A stretch of DNA of 64,000 bases, taken from contig OZ024743.1 in NCBI GenBank assembly GCA_964016885.1, forward strand, positions 89,652,001-89,716,000. The letters are read 5' to 3'. Shown one piece after another: positions 11,041 to 24,144 of this stretch. Within the stretch, counting starts at the first letter, position 1, and every line of letters begins with the position of its first letter. This stretch comes from Eledone cirrhosa. Taxonomy: Eukaryota. Position numbers and translations under genes: made by a program. A model generated the notes under the pieces. That model was not told where the DNA came from. It saw only the letters and a program-made list of their open reading frames with translations, and did not search any database.

Positions 11041-11424
11041 CTTTTTATTTTCAGTTCAATGTTCGCGCAGCGGCAAAAACTTCAATTTCCCAGCGCTTTA
11101 TTATTCTTTTTTAGCCGAGCAGCCCATCAAGCACCGGTCAAACGCACGTATGCCACTCCGCCTGTCTTCAAAGCTCAACACTTTGTATTATGCCATTTTT
11201 TCTTACTGTTTAGTTAAGAAGAGAAGGCATGTGCTCCCGAAGGTCTTTCTTTCTCGTTTGTACATCAACGCAGTAATTCTATAGTTCTTTATGTAACATC
11301 CTTCAACAACTTTCTGAGTCATCAGATTCAAACTTATGGATGCAATTACTGCAAGCCAGTTATACAAATATTGATTTGTTAATAGTAGAATAATAAATAT
11401 ATTAACTCAAAGAAAATACCAGAA

Positions 11425-12478
11425 TGATTGTTTCTACTTTTAGCACAAGGCCAGCAATTATCCCAGTACGACCCCATAAGGACGAAAGGCAAAGTTAACT
11501 TCGGCGGGATTTGAACTCAGACCGTAAAGGGGCTGCAAAGTATGGCGTCTGACCCTCTACAAGATGAAATAATAGATTGCCGGAAGTTGTGGTACAATTA
11601 GTAAATGATCAAATATCTACAATCTAGAATCCTGCTGAACAGGCTATTAACTCGTAGTCGTCCATTGTCAGAATAACCTACAAATCATCAATACACAGTA
11701 GATAGGAAGCCGGAATTAAGCACTTGTGATTATAGAGTTATGGCCCTTTGCGTTCTGAGTTCAATTCCGCCGAGGTTAGCTTTGCCTGTCATCCTTACGT
11801 GGTCGATAAATAAAGTACCAGTAATGCACTGGGGTCGATTTAATCGACTTTCCCTCCCCCATCAAATTGCTGGCCTCGTGCCTATAGTAGAAACAATTAT
11901 TATTATTATTAAGGTGCCGGATTGGCAGGAACGGTAGAGCGTCGAACAAGATGCTTTCGTTATGGCTTTCTACGTTCTGAGTTCAAATATCACCGTGGTT
12001 AGCTTTGTCTTCCATCCTTACGGGGTCGATAAAATATAGTACCAGAATTATTATTAAGAGTAGTGAATTTGCAAAAATCGTTAGAGCGTCGGGCAAAATA
12101 CTATGCGGCACTTAGTTACGGCCTTTTACGTTGAAATCCCACCATGGTCAACTTTCTCTTGCGAGGCCGATAGAATAAAGAACAGTGAAGGACGGGGTCG
12201 GTTTAATCACTTTTCCCATCGCGCAACAGGCTTTGTGTCAGAATTAGAAACCCTTAAGGGCAACACGGATCGGCAATTTAAGCAGAGAATCGAATAGATT
12301 GTTAAGTGGTCTTTAGTTACGACATTCTACACTGTTCAAATATTGCTGAAGTCAAGTTTGACTTTCATTCTTTTAGGAGTTGATAGAATAAACTACTAGT
12401 CAAATAGTGGGGTTGATATAATTGACTTTCCGCTGCCTCTAAATTGCTGACCTTGTACCTAAATTGGAAACAATAATT
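11425..12478. mobile_element. Cluster of five SINE family 1 copies
   Basis: Minus copy about 11425-11560; plus copies about 11700-11905, 11912-12050, 12060-12250 and 12280-12478. Confidence 0.8.
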
Positions 12479-12593
12479 AATATCATGTTTTTCATGTTTT
12501 ATTTACATTTTTATCAGGTTCTCTGAAACAAGCAGGATGAAGGGAAGAAGGCATACCTCAAACCGGTGATCTGGTCCGAATTTGTGCAGCAAA

Positions 12594-12683
12594 GTGGATT
12601 AGCTTTTCTTAACGGCATCCTTTAAATGGAGTAGCTTTTCTTAAAGGCATCCTTTAAGTGGATTAGGGTTTCTTAAAGGCATC
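12594..12683 (+). repeat. 32-bp tandem repeat, about 3 copies
   Basis: GGATTAGCTTTTCTTAA(C/A)GGCATCCTTTAA-type units at 12596, 12628 and 12660. Confidence 0.8.
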
Positions 12684-13704
12684 AGTTGCAGATGTTAAAC
12701 CGGTCGATTGATTAAGTGTATTACACATGTAGACCACAGTGGTGTTTAAACTCAGTAAAGAACGTGAACAAAGACCGCAAGGCAATTCATCCGGTGCTGT
12801 TGTAGCAAATTCCGGAAATTGGCCCCCTTTGTCCCAACCTGGGTGCTATGTGATTTCTATAAACAGGAAGCTAAAAGGGATATCATACTTTACTCGAAAT
12901 TGGCAAATCCCCAAAGAATGAAACTTTAGAAAATTCGGCTACAATTATCTACCCGCCTTTTATAAAGTCACACTTCGTTTTACCCTCACAGGCTTCTTAC
13001 GTCCGGCACTAGTCAACTGAGATGGTACGACCACACCCAACATTACATACAGTTCCACATACTCACACACACCCTTATAAACTCAGTGCCCAGGCATTGG
13101 TGCCCGAGGGGGCTTCAGAATTTTCTGGGTTGCTAGTCTTTTGCAAGGAACTTATTTCAAGAAAGTTTTTATATCTTCTATTTTCTAAATATGAGTGTGC
13201 ACCATTGAAACGTTGAGCAGCAGTGCCAACCAGTGGCACCCCTGGCGGCGAGTCCGCTCACACATACATATATTATCAATCGACTCCATGTAAAGCCATC
13301 AAGATGTTGCACCGTTGTGCTTTGTCCCGCCTTCTACAGCATCTTCACTCTTCTGGCTCCAGGCGCTTCTACATGGTCATTCAGCCTGCTAGAAATATCA
13401 GCTAAGTCTCTCTCAACCCCCCCCCCCCTACCGTTTAAGAAAGAAAAACAAAGATTGGAAGGGTACTTCAGATGATGTAGTCCTTGACATAACCGAAACG
13501 TGTGGAGGTTACGGCTGAAACGTCTTCTCACATGTCTGATTGTTCAGAACATCCACCCACCCGACCGCCATACGAAGCAGCAACAACAACAACAACAGTA
13601 GCAGCAGCGCTCAATCTTACGACAGCCTTATCACCAATTGAAGAAAATCAACAAAGGAAAGGATTTTTAGAAAACGAGGAAATGGACAGAGGACACCCAC
13701 AGGC

Positions 13705-13896
13705 CCACTGATGCGGAACTCGTTTCTTGGCAGCACCTCTCACCATTTTCTCCCACTGATGCGGAACTCGTTTCTTGGCGGCACCTCTCACCATTTTCTC
13801 CCACTGATGCGGAACTCGTTTCTTGGCGGCACCTCTCACCATTTTCTCCCACTGATGCGGAACTCGTTTCTTGGCGGCACCTCTCACCATTTTCTC
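13705..13896 (+). repeat. 48-bp minisatellite, 4 copies
   Basis: CCACTGATGCGGAACTCGTTTCTTGGCGGCACCTCTCACCATTTTCTC at 13705, 13753, 13801 and 13849. Confidence 0.95.
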
Positions 13897-14003
13897 CATC
13901 TCCAGAAGTAGTTTACTTGATTTTATCAACTATTATTTAGACTGATCGTCTACAATATATAAATGACAAGTAAGTATGTTTTGAAACAGTGAGCAGGTTT
14001 GAA

Positions 14004-14332
14004 ATTAGAAAATAGAATAGCTTTCACCGTATTTTTGACTAAAGGAACTTTAGTCTGATAATGGGGTTTAGAACCCTCAGATAAATGGAAAAAGATGAGT
14101 ATTGACGTACATGGGAGGCGAGCCCACATCTTTGGTTATCGCGGCCACAAAAGAGATGGGTGATGTGTTGGTGTAATGGTAGCACAGTGGTCGCGATAAC
14201 CAAAGATGTGGGTTCGACTCCCATGTACGTCAATACTCATCTTTTTCCATTTATCTGAGGGTTCTAAAACCCCATTATCAGGCTAAAATTCCTTTAGTCA
14301 AAAATACGGTGAAAGCTATTCTATTTTCTAAT
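14004..14332. mobile_element. Fold-back element (about 145 bp arms) carrying a tRNA-like sequence
   Basis: 14004-14148 is the reverse complement of 14187-14332; ends at (TA)n. Confidence 0.85.
14162..14232 (+). tRNA. tRNA-like sequence (pseudo-tRNA or SINE head)
   Basis: Acceptor GATGTGT/GTACGTC, A box TGGTGTAATGG, anticodon arm TGGT-CGCGATA-ACCA, T arm GTGGGTTCGACTCCCAT, T5 run about 10 nt downstream; lacks U33. Confidence 0.55.
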
Positions 14333-14843
14333 ATATATATATATATATATGTAAGTATGTATGTATGTATACGTACATACATATATGTATACAGACGTAC
14401 AGTAGTATGTATATATATATACATACATGCACACATATATATATGCACGTATCGGTTTACCGAACATTTATTATAATGCTCGTTTTTTTGTTTGTAAACA
14501 AACAGCCCAAATTACGCCGTACAGTGTTTAGGCAACCACATCAGGTGATGTGGTTGCCTTCTTGTTCAACACTGACACAGGAACGATGTACTAGTTTCAA
14601 GCTTATTAGCTATCGTCAGCATCGTATACCTTCCTGCCAGATGGTTGAACGTCTGAAAGTATATACTTTCCTTATGCATATTAACGGCTGAGCAGCCTAA
14701 TTTGCATATCGAGTGAGGTTAGTCGGCCGGGCACACCGAAAACGATAAATGGAATAGAATGAAACGTATACATACATACACACTTACATTTAAGTAAGTG
14801 CCGTACTAAGAGTGAGAAATGAAATTTCGTTTCATTCTATTCC

Positions 14844-14904
<61 letters not shown>

Positions 14905-14908
<4 letters not shown>

Positions 14909-15250
14909 GATAAATCTACCAAGAGTTTACGGTAGTGTCCAATCCGTATGAAGAACTCAATGTAATCCGGATATCATGGAAAGAAGAGATGCAATGAAAA
15001 ATCACTTTCGGTGAAAGATAAACGGAATACAGAGTCAAGATAAAATATTAAAAAAATAATGAATAAAACAATGAAACAGTTCCTTATATTAAACAAAAAA
15101 AGTTCATTATTTAACGATCGTTTCTAGGATATATATGTGTTAGAATTGGCATGCATATTCAACAGATCTATGTACAAAATTATACAAAATTATACAAACT
15201 ATCAAAATTAAATATACATACCAACACATATATATGCCGTCTTCAGAAAT
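14905..15250 (-). mobile_element. Second copy of the long-stem-II HHR element
   Basis: Minus strand UUU-CUGAAGA..GAAAC-GAUC-GUU|AAAUAAUGAA (15103-15250); 5' truncated at (TA)n. Confidence 0.8.
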
Positions 15251-15253
15251 ATA

Positions 15254-15315
<62 letters not shown>

Positions 15316-15488
15316 AGGTGCATTATTGGTTGTGTAAATTTTACCTTGCCTTCGGATTTTCATTTTGATATATATATATATATATATATATTAAAACTAT
15401 AGTGATTTCCAGAGATTAACTGATGAGAAGAGATCGTTCGTATAGGTGGCCCCCGCCACCTATATATATATATAGGTGGCGGGAGCCA

Positions 15489-15611
<123 letters not shown>

Positions 15612-15612
15612 G

Positions 15613-15735
<123 letters not shown>

Positions 15736-16217
15736 ATTGAAGCTATAGTGATGAGAGTCATATATATGGAAGACAGAGAGAGACATGGAGAGGGAGAAGA
15801 CAGACAGATGACAGACAGGGAGTATATGTGTGTGTTGTGTGACCATGCCAATATAGCTTACTGTGTTTAGTTATAAAACAGCAATAACAGCAACAAAAAT
15901 AACACATAAACCTGTTATAAATCAAAACACACTCGAAACCAATGTCTGACGATGCCAGGTCAAATGATAGTCGTCTGCTCGTAAAACGTGTTTATTTTGA
16001 TTTCAAACCACGAACTACTTCCCACAAAGGTCTTCTGATAGTGTATACACCAGGGTCATTAATAAACTGACAGTCTATATTTCTAGTTGATAGACTATTA
16101 TAGCTCAAGATTTACCAGATAGTTCGCAGATGGTGTGTAAATAGTACTTCATTATTGTAGCAATTTAGGCGCGGTTGATTGACAGAGTCGCTAGAACGTC
16201 TAACAAATGCTTAATAA

Positions 16218-16406
16218 TAATTGTTTCTACTTTTGGCACAAGGCCAACAATTAACCAGTACATTACTGGTACTTTATTTTATCGACCCCGTAAGGATGAA
16301 AGGCAAAGTTAACCTCGACTGGATTTGAACTCAGATCGTAAAGGGACGTAACTATGCTGGAAAGCATGGCGTCCAACCCTCTACCGATACTGCCAATTCA
16401 CCGCCC
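16218..16406 (-). mobile_element. SINE family 1, nested in an older plus-strand SINE
   Basis: Full consensus match; TSD-like CAAATG(C/A)TTAATAAT; its 3' end is reduplicated at 16417-16450. Confidence 0.8.
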
Positions 16407-17319
16407 AAATGATTAATAATTGTTTCTACTTTTGGCACAAGGCCACCAAATGATTAATAATAATAATTGTTCTGGATCTTTACACCCAGTTCAAATCCCG
16501 CTGTAGTCAACTTAGCCTTTCATCCTTTCGAAGTCGATGAAAAAGTCAATTCATCCTCTATATCCCTTCCCCTCTCTTCTCCAATGTAAGAAATTGACTG
16601 TGTTAAGACCTGGAGAAAGTATGGGCTCTGCCAGGTCTTAACAAATGACACGAGGTTAACTTTGCCTATTCGGCTCGTGATTTTAATGTCGATTCTTGGC
16701 GACGTATTGAGTCCACGAGAAAGACATTTATTTTACGTTGTTCTTGCAAAAACGAGTTAAACATGTAATTTTAAAAAGTCAGAGATTTATTCCCACTGAA
16801 TCTCCCTGAGAACTATGTTTAGGATGCACGTGACTGTGAAACGCTCAGCTGCTTGCACATTTATTCCCCGATCAGGCTGTTCTATTATTCGAACTTGGAT
16901 ACTCGTCGTCAGAACAACAATATCAAAAGCTACAGTATCAGTGACAACAATGAGTGAGGTATATTTCATAAAACAATGGCTCAACCACAACATTTGTATG
17001 TGACAACAGCGGATGAGGTATATTTCACAAAACAAAGGCTCAACTACAACATTTATATGCGACACCATCTATACCACATATATCGATATTATATTTCTTG
17101 TGATTGAACGTCTTAAATATGATCTCGAAAAGAAAATAATTCTATTCCTACTTCCATTCACAATCCATCAACATAAACTCAGTCCATAGCACCACTCCAT
17201 TCCTAAACATAACTGCATGATTTAGAACAAACACATATAACACTTCTGTTTACACAACACACACAAATAAAGGTCTATAGTGAGTGTCTTGCTATATGCT
17301 AAATATCTGTAGTTAAATT

Positions 17320-17495
17320 CCTGATAGCTAAATATCGGGACTTGATCTACTGCTTCAATTTCATGCTAGTCGCCGGCGAAGCCTCTCCTTGACCTCGATC
17401 CAAGAACTGCCATTTTTCCTCCGAGAAGGAGTCCTGTGAGGTTAAGAGATTGATGCAGCGAGTGTCAATGCCTTCGCCATTTTGTCCGCGAGGTA
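17320..17495 (+). pseudogene. CRE-clade LINE C-terminal relic
   Basis: KYRDL..FNFMLVA..RLMQRVS..NAFAILSA, similar to the 52850-53045 region; another tail fragment (RGNVFVVLSVG) at about 17915-17975. Confidence 0.5.
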
Positions 17496-18379
17496 CAGCT
17501 TCAATAACCACCCAGACTTCCATTTACATTCGTTACTGATTTTTTTCTTCTTTTTCTATTTTTATTGCAAACCTTACATAATTTAACTGACATTTATTGA
17601 ATCCCAGATTAGACAAGCTTTGAACTTTTCGTCCTCTAAAGGAACTTCAAATTAGGAAATCTCACGAGTAAAACAAACATTATTTAGTATCACAAAAGAT
17701 CAGACCAAGTGCAAGTTCACCCACACTGATATAATAGAAGTAGAAAATATTTTAAATTAGCCAAGCCATATATATTGTATATTATAAGAACCCAAAAGCA
17801 CACTAGTCATTGAATGGATGAATATGTCATTTAAAATCGTTAGAATGTGTGGTCCGGTGTCAATAATTTAAAATACCAATCGATTACTGGGCTTTTACAT
17901 CCACTCAACTTACTTACCTTCAACCTGTCGGTGGCCATGTCCGAGGAAATGTCTTTGTAGTTTTGTCCGTGGGACGCAGCCGACCCCCCCCCGCCCTAGG
18001 TATAGACCTCATCACCCTCACCCCTTTCCCTCCCTTTCTTCCGTGGCCTAATAGTCCTTGCCTTTTCCGTCCCTTTCTTCTCATTTATGGCATTTATAGT
18101 CCTTTCCTCTACAGCCAGATCTGCCCTTCCCCACTCTTTTCATTACTTAATTTTGTTTTTATCCTTCTTTTTCAATATCTCCATCGTTGTATAACTTCTT
18201 TTTGTAAAATATAGTTGGCATGATATGTTTCGATTAATTAATTTCTTATATGTATGTATTTCTAGTTAATCTTATATATTTGTTATATGGTAATAAACAA
18301 TTAACATGTTTTATTTTATTATACTGAAACAAAGTTTCTATGTAAACATGAAAGCTGGAAACTTTATGATTCAAACTGA

Positions 18380-18830
18380 TGCATTGAGCAACAAGCACGA
18401 CACCTTTTCGTCTTTCTACCATGCACTTACAACAAGGAGCCACTGCAGTACATACAATCAAATTAGATTTAAAAAAAAACAATTCTATATAGAATCCCAC
18501 ACAAACATGGAAAATAACTATTGAAGCCTTACTAACATCGAAATAGATATAAAAATGAACACACAGATACTACAGGGTACGTGGAATCAATTATAAAAAA
18601 ATGCCAGGCTTCAACTGCTCAAAATTTCTTAAATTAGTCGCCCATGATACTATACCACCACTGCAAAGTATGTGACTAATACGCCATTCGTACAATCTAA
18701 CTGATACTGACGATGAGTTTGTGAAGGTCCCGAAACATTGATAATCTTCTGTATGTAAGTAAGTTATTGTTCCAAACCAAACGTAAAGAACCAATAAAGA
18801 AATATGAAAAATGTTCAAGCTTGAGAACAG
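18380..18830 (+). pseudogene. Degenerate Penelope GIY-YIG C-terminus with HHR-like 3' end
   Basis: Frameshifted TMHLQQGA..TILYRIPHKH..TIEALL..MNTQ; CTGACGA at about 18708 and GAAAC at about 18733; ends at (TA)n. Confidence 0.5.
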
Positions 18831-18881
<51 letters not shown>

Positions 18882-19847
18882 TAAAATCGAAGTTGTATCC
18901 GCAGTATAGCAGATTCTCATCGAATTGTTCGAGGCGGTTACAAAACACTCAATGAAACGAAAAGTTACTACATTTTCGTCCACAGTAAACATAAAGTAAA
19001 GAAAGTGTGACACCAAGAAAAGCGACCAAAAGTAGTGGCTATACTTATGCGACCACAACAATAAATATAAATATATATATTTCATGTATGTGTATATACG
19101 ATATATATAATATCACAAAATATTCAAGAAACTGTATTGAAATTCCTTTTCGTTCTCAATATTTCTCTGTTCATGAGTTGAAGCTATGCAAGTTATTTTT
19201 CATATTTATCCTATATTTCTTCAACAAATTTATCTGTATACAATTACTGTATTATTACCCAACTATTGTAATAGTTAAATCCTCCATGAATCATGTTATT
19301 ATGTGTAATGAGACAGGGGACATTACTCTAATATATCTCTAAGGAGTTATATGCTCCTTTAAATTCTAGGGTTCCTTCGCCATTTCCCTACTTGTTCATG
19401 CTTGTGTGTCATGGAAGACTTAAAGACAGGAATGTTTGAACAGCTGCATGTTTATGTAAATAAGGTGGCGAGAATGTAGTGTAAATCAAGACAAGCTACC
19501 CTGCTGAATGTCAGGGATATGAGAGATAGAGAGATAGATAAAGGGAGAGATAGAAGGAGAGAAGAGGAGAGATAGAGGGAGACATAGATAGATAGAGGGA
19601 GAGAAGAGGAAATATAGAGGGAAATATATGTAAAGAGAGATAGATAGAGAGAGAGGGGGGGGGTAGATATAGAGATAGATAGAGAGATAGATAGATAGAG
19701 ATAAATAGAGAGATAGAGGGAAAGGAGGGAGATAGAGAGAGAGAAGAGGAGAGATGGAGAGATAGATAACAGAGACACATAATACATTCATTCACACGCA
19801 TATACATACGTAGACCAAGAAAGTGATAGAGAAAGAGGACCAGAGAG

Positions 19848-19915
<68 letters not shown>

Positions 19916-20442
19916 ATGTATGTGTGTGTGTGTGTGTGTGCATGTATATTTGTGTATGTATGTGTATGAGCCCATGCAAAGCAAGTAATTGGCCTCCTTT
20001 ACAAACTGCCAATTAAGTATTTTAGTAACCACTGCTAAATATATATGAATTATGTATGGATTGCAGGAATATAAATAGAAGCAGCATGTCCGAATGGAGA
20101 AGAGGTTTGCTTCGTAAACTTAATGTCCCGAATTCGACCCCGCTGCATGTCATCTTGGGCTATTGTTATTTATTTTAGCCTCGAGTCCACCCATGCATTG
20201 TGAGTGAAATTCGATGGATGGAAACTGGCTGGAAGTCCATCGGACGGACTGTACTTGTAATTCAAAGGACCGGCCTTGTTGGGCATTGTGTCACGATGGA
20301 TCTCCTTGAGTATTACATTGGGAACACACGTGTCTGTGAAATTCTCAGTTAATTACACGTTAATTTCACGATACAGCTGCTCCGTTGATCGAAGAACTGG
20401 AAAACACAACGTTGAAACCAGCGGAGATCTGCCAAATTAATC

Positions 20443-20536
<94 letters not shown>

Positions 20537-20799
20537 GGGATTGTAACGGCCAGTTATTGTAGGTTCACCAGAGTGCTCACAATATACCAGTAGGTATATT
20601 GGTGTTGTACTGAGCAAAGTGTAATAATAATGATAAAAAGGACGAAGTGTTAGATCTTCATTACTGTATTGAGGTGCGACGCGCGTTTCGCGACCGGTCA
20701 GCTCAAGGTTCTATCTATATCGAACTGGCACGTCTCTGGAATCAAAAGCTAGCCGGACCTCTGTTATGATAATGACAATCATTCTATCATTACCATAAC

Positions 20800-21008
20800 T
20801 GAGATCCGATGAGCCTTTGCCTATGTTGTAAGCCACGAAACACTCGGTGATTCGAGGATATAACACTGATGATGTGTCAAAGGATTCGCACCCATAGTCA
20901 GGTCACCAGAATGAGGGTTCATGTTATAAGACTCGAAACACCCAGGGACCTCAGGATACAACATTGATGATGTGTCAAAGGATTTGTACCCATAGACGGG
21001 TCACTTGG
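20800..21008 (+). repeat. 98-bp tandem repeat with degenerate HHR-like cores
   Basis: GAAACAC at 20837/20935 and AGGATA..TGATGATGTGTCAAAGGATT at 20855/20953. Confidence 0.65.
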
Positions 21009-23029
21009 GATTATATATTTGGGTGTTTGTGTGGAGGTGTCTTGGATTTTCTGGAAGTTATCCCTACCTCTACAATAATCATTAATTAGAACAATTTTAT
21101 CTTCTATACAGTAGTTTCAATCTGTACCGTTTGTCTCTTTAGAATTTAACTCCTGTCCACCATTGTCTATTGTACATCGGAATCTCTATAGAAGTTTTCA
21201 TATAGGTTACGTACTGGGTGGTTTAAGGTTCATTCTCTTTCCCAGTGATGAAATGTAACACATCTATTTGTTCCAATATACTTTTCACATCAATTAGAAC
21301 TCTCCTCGAGACTAGTTCCAAATTATATTGCTGTGCCAGAGAGGTTAGCCACAAAAACTACCTCTTAGATTCCTTTCTTTCAACTTCTTTTTTTTTCTGA
21401 AAATATTGAATATATTACAAAACTTCAATTGAATGCCTTTCTACGTTTTCTAGCACACGTTCCATTTGGTCAAAATGGGTCGTTCTTTACCTTTGAACAA
21501 ACTGTTTGGTTTATTTCTTTTCTTTTGAAAAAGAAAGAGGTCATAACCTCGAAATATGAAATATAAGATCAAAGTTGAAAATGTCATTTTGTTTAGCTTT
21601 TCTTACTTTACACTTCTCTAGTTTCAATTTTGCATTTTAATTTGCTCTGTACCTGCTTTCCCAAAACAATCATGGTTTATTTTTATTTAAATGTAAATTA
21701 AATACATTATCTTAGCGGTAGCAGAATTATAAATCTAAAATAAAGAGAGCAACACTGCACTAATTGCAGACATATGCGTAATCACGACATTGGAGGAGAT
21801 TGGAAGTCACACTTCACACACGGCTACAAGCTGACTTACTAATTGAATATTTAGTTTCTGCATTGTAATCCGTTATTAGACATGAACCATTTAATCTATT
21901 ACACACCAACTTTGTTCTGGTGGAATTTCCATAAAACCTACTTTATACAACAAAACAGAAATATAAACTTGTAACCAATGAACTCAACAATTATAATTAC
22001 ATTTGAATAAATCTGCTTGATAAACAGTTAGTTAACGACATTGAGATAAGTTACAATTGTTACGGTAGAATATCAGATTCCGAGTAACGAGTGTTTCTAC
22101 TTCTACACTAATCTTCGTTCTTTATATGTCAAAATCATATTTAGTAGGAGAAATGATTTAGCAGACTAGGTTTATAGTGTAATCGCAAATAAAGTTTATT
22201 TTGAAGTAGTGCTTAAGTACTCATTATTTAAACTACTCTTACCAGTAGCTCGTATCATTTTTATTGAGAGATGGAGAGAACGGGCGAGACGGAGGCAGTG
22301 GCAGTTTGGTTCCTTTGTGTTCAGACCTGGTGTATATGTATATATATTAGTGAGAGGTGGTGAGAGTGGAAGAGACAGAGGCAGCAGAGACAGTGGCAGT
22401 TTGGTTCGGACCTGGTATATATGTCTCACAGACACACACTTAATATCAAACTTTATCCAATGTTATTTACACCCTACAGATTTAAGATAGAAAGTAACAA
22501 AAGAAGAAATGCTGGGAGAGTTGACAACTGTTGCTGGTCAATCAGTGACTGTCTGTTAACCACATTCTCTTCTCTCTCTTCACAATAACAATTATACTGT
22601 TTCTATTTTAGGCACAAGACCAACAATTTTAGTTTAAATCGACCCCAGTGCATTACTGATACTTTATTTTATCGACCTCGTAAGGACGAAAGGCATAGCT
22701 AACCCCAAAGCATGTTGTACGACGCTCTACTGATACTGCCAATCCACCACCCGGTGTTTTTCTTACATTCTGAATTCAAATCCTACAGAGGTTAACTTTG
22801 TCTTTCATACTTCCGGGGTTGATAAAATACCAGTCAAGTACTGTGGTTAATTCAATCAACTTTGCCCTCCTCACCCTACCCGCCCCATAGTTACTGACCT
22901 TGTGCCTAAATTAGAAATTATCATTTATGGATGAGGTATGTTTTAGGGAAACCTTATACAAAACCCATGTCTCCATAAAGCCTGTTCTTATCTCCCGTTC
23001 CTGTAGTCTCAAAAGTGATCAGTATCAAC

Positions 23030-23861
23030 TGCTCTCGGATCCCAAATAATAGGGCGGGGAGGGGGGATAAGCGGGGGGTAGTTGGAATAAGTGGGGGGTG
23101 GGAGTCAGTATTTTTTCTAGGTTGTCTCCGTTAATTTTTTTTAAATACCAGAATTAGTCGTTTAGTTTACATATTGAGACCTCAACCCATCCTATTTATT
23201 TTATAACATATGAGATTTCTAGTAATGTACTTTTTTGTTGTTGTTATGTATAAGGTCTTTTTTTATTGTATAAAGAAAATGAATTGTCGCAGGAATGCTA
23301 CAATTTAAAATAACATTTCGCCAGAGATAGATTAGCAAAATTTAATAAACGAGTGATTGGAATAATAGCGGGGGGAGGGTTTGGAAAAAATTCCAAAAAA
23401 TTAATAAGTAGGGTGGGGGGTTATTATTCGGCATTCGAGAAGTAGTTCCTTTGATAGGGTGACAGGAAACTTCAGTAACATTCTTATTCTCTAGTTAGAT
23501 GAACCTACACAATGTACTGTCAAGTCTTGAATGATCGTCCTCCAACCCGCTTCTTAATTTTTCAGATCCCACCTTTTATTCCCACTACCTTTTATTCCAA
23601 CTCCGCCGCTTATTATATTTTGTTAATCTATCTCCGGCGATATTTTATTATAAGTGATAAATATCGATACAACAGCTGGAGAATCTAATAATAATTTTAT
23701 TTTACATTAAAAAAATACATTATATATTTCAAAAAAGAACATTTACGAACGTACACTATACAATTATCGGTTACCCACCCGTTTATTCTAAATCCCCCAC
23801 CCCCGCTTATAAGAATTTAAGAAAATGTCCCCCCACCCCTATTATTTGGAACCCGAGAGTA
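23030..23861. mobile_element. Two oppositely oriented copies of a TA-flanked MITE (third copy 30586-30859)
   Basis: Ends (TA)CTCTCGG(G/A)TCCCAAATAATAGGG / CCCTATTATTTGGAACCCGAGAGTA; internal CAGAATTAGTCGTTTAGTTTACATATTGAGACC shared with 30640. Confidence 0.65.
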
Positions 23862-24144
23862 GATTGAATTATGTATTCTGCCAACATTCATATAAAAGGA
23901 AATACCTGAGTTGACACACCTGCTGTGAATATGAAGTCTAGGGATAAAGTAATTTTATATTACTCTATCGTGTGTTTATCTTTCTCTATTGTGTCACTGA
24001 AAAGTTGGATATGTCAGTAAAGCCCCAACGAAACCTATAATGGATGTATGTGACAGTCACAATTCCGGTGGGATACATTTACAGCTGACATTTGAAGCAT
24101 TTTGCAAATCTCTTTAATATAAGATGAAGAATATTATTTCAAAT

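Noticed and set aside
13502-13711. 69-aa ORF with natural-looking composition
   Set aside because: No recognisable domain, includes a CAA/CAG microsatellite, and has no convincing splice context
13705-13896. 48-bp repeats as a CRISPR array or HHR array
   Set aside because: No unique spacers and a eukaryotic context; CTGATGC lacks the conserved A and there is no GAAA core
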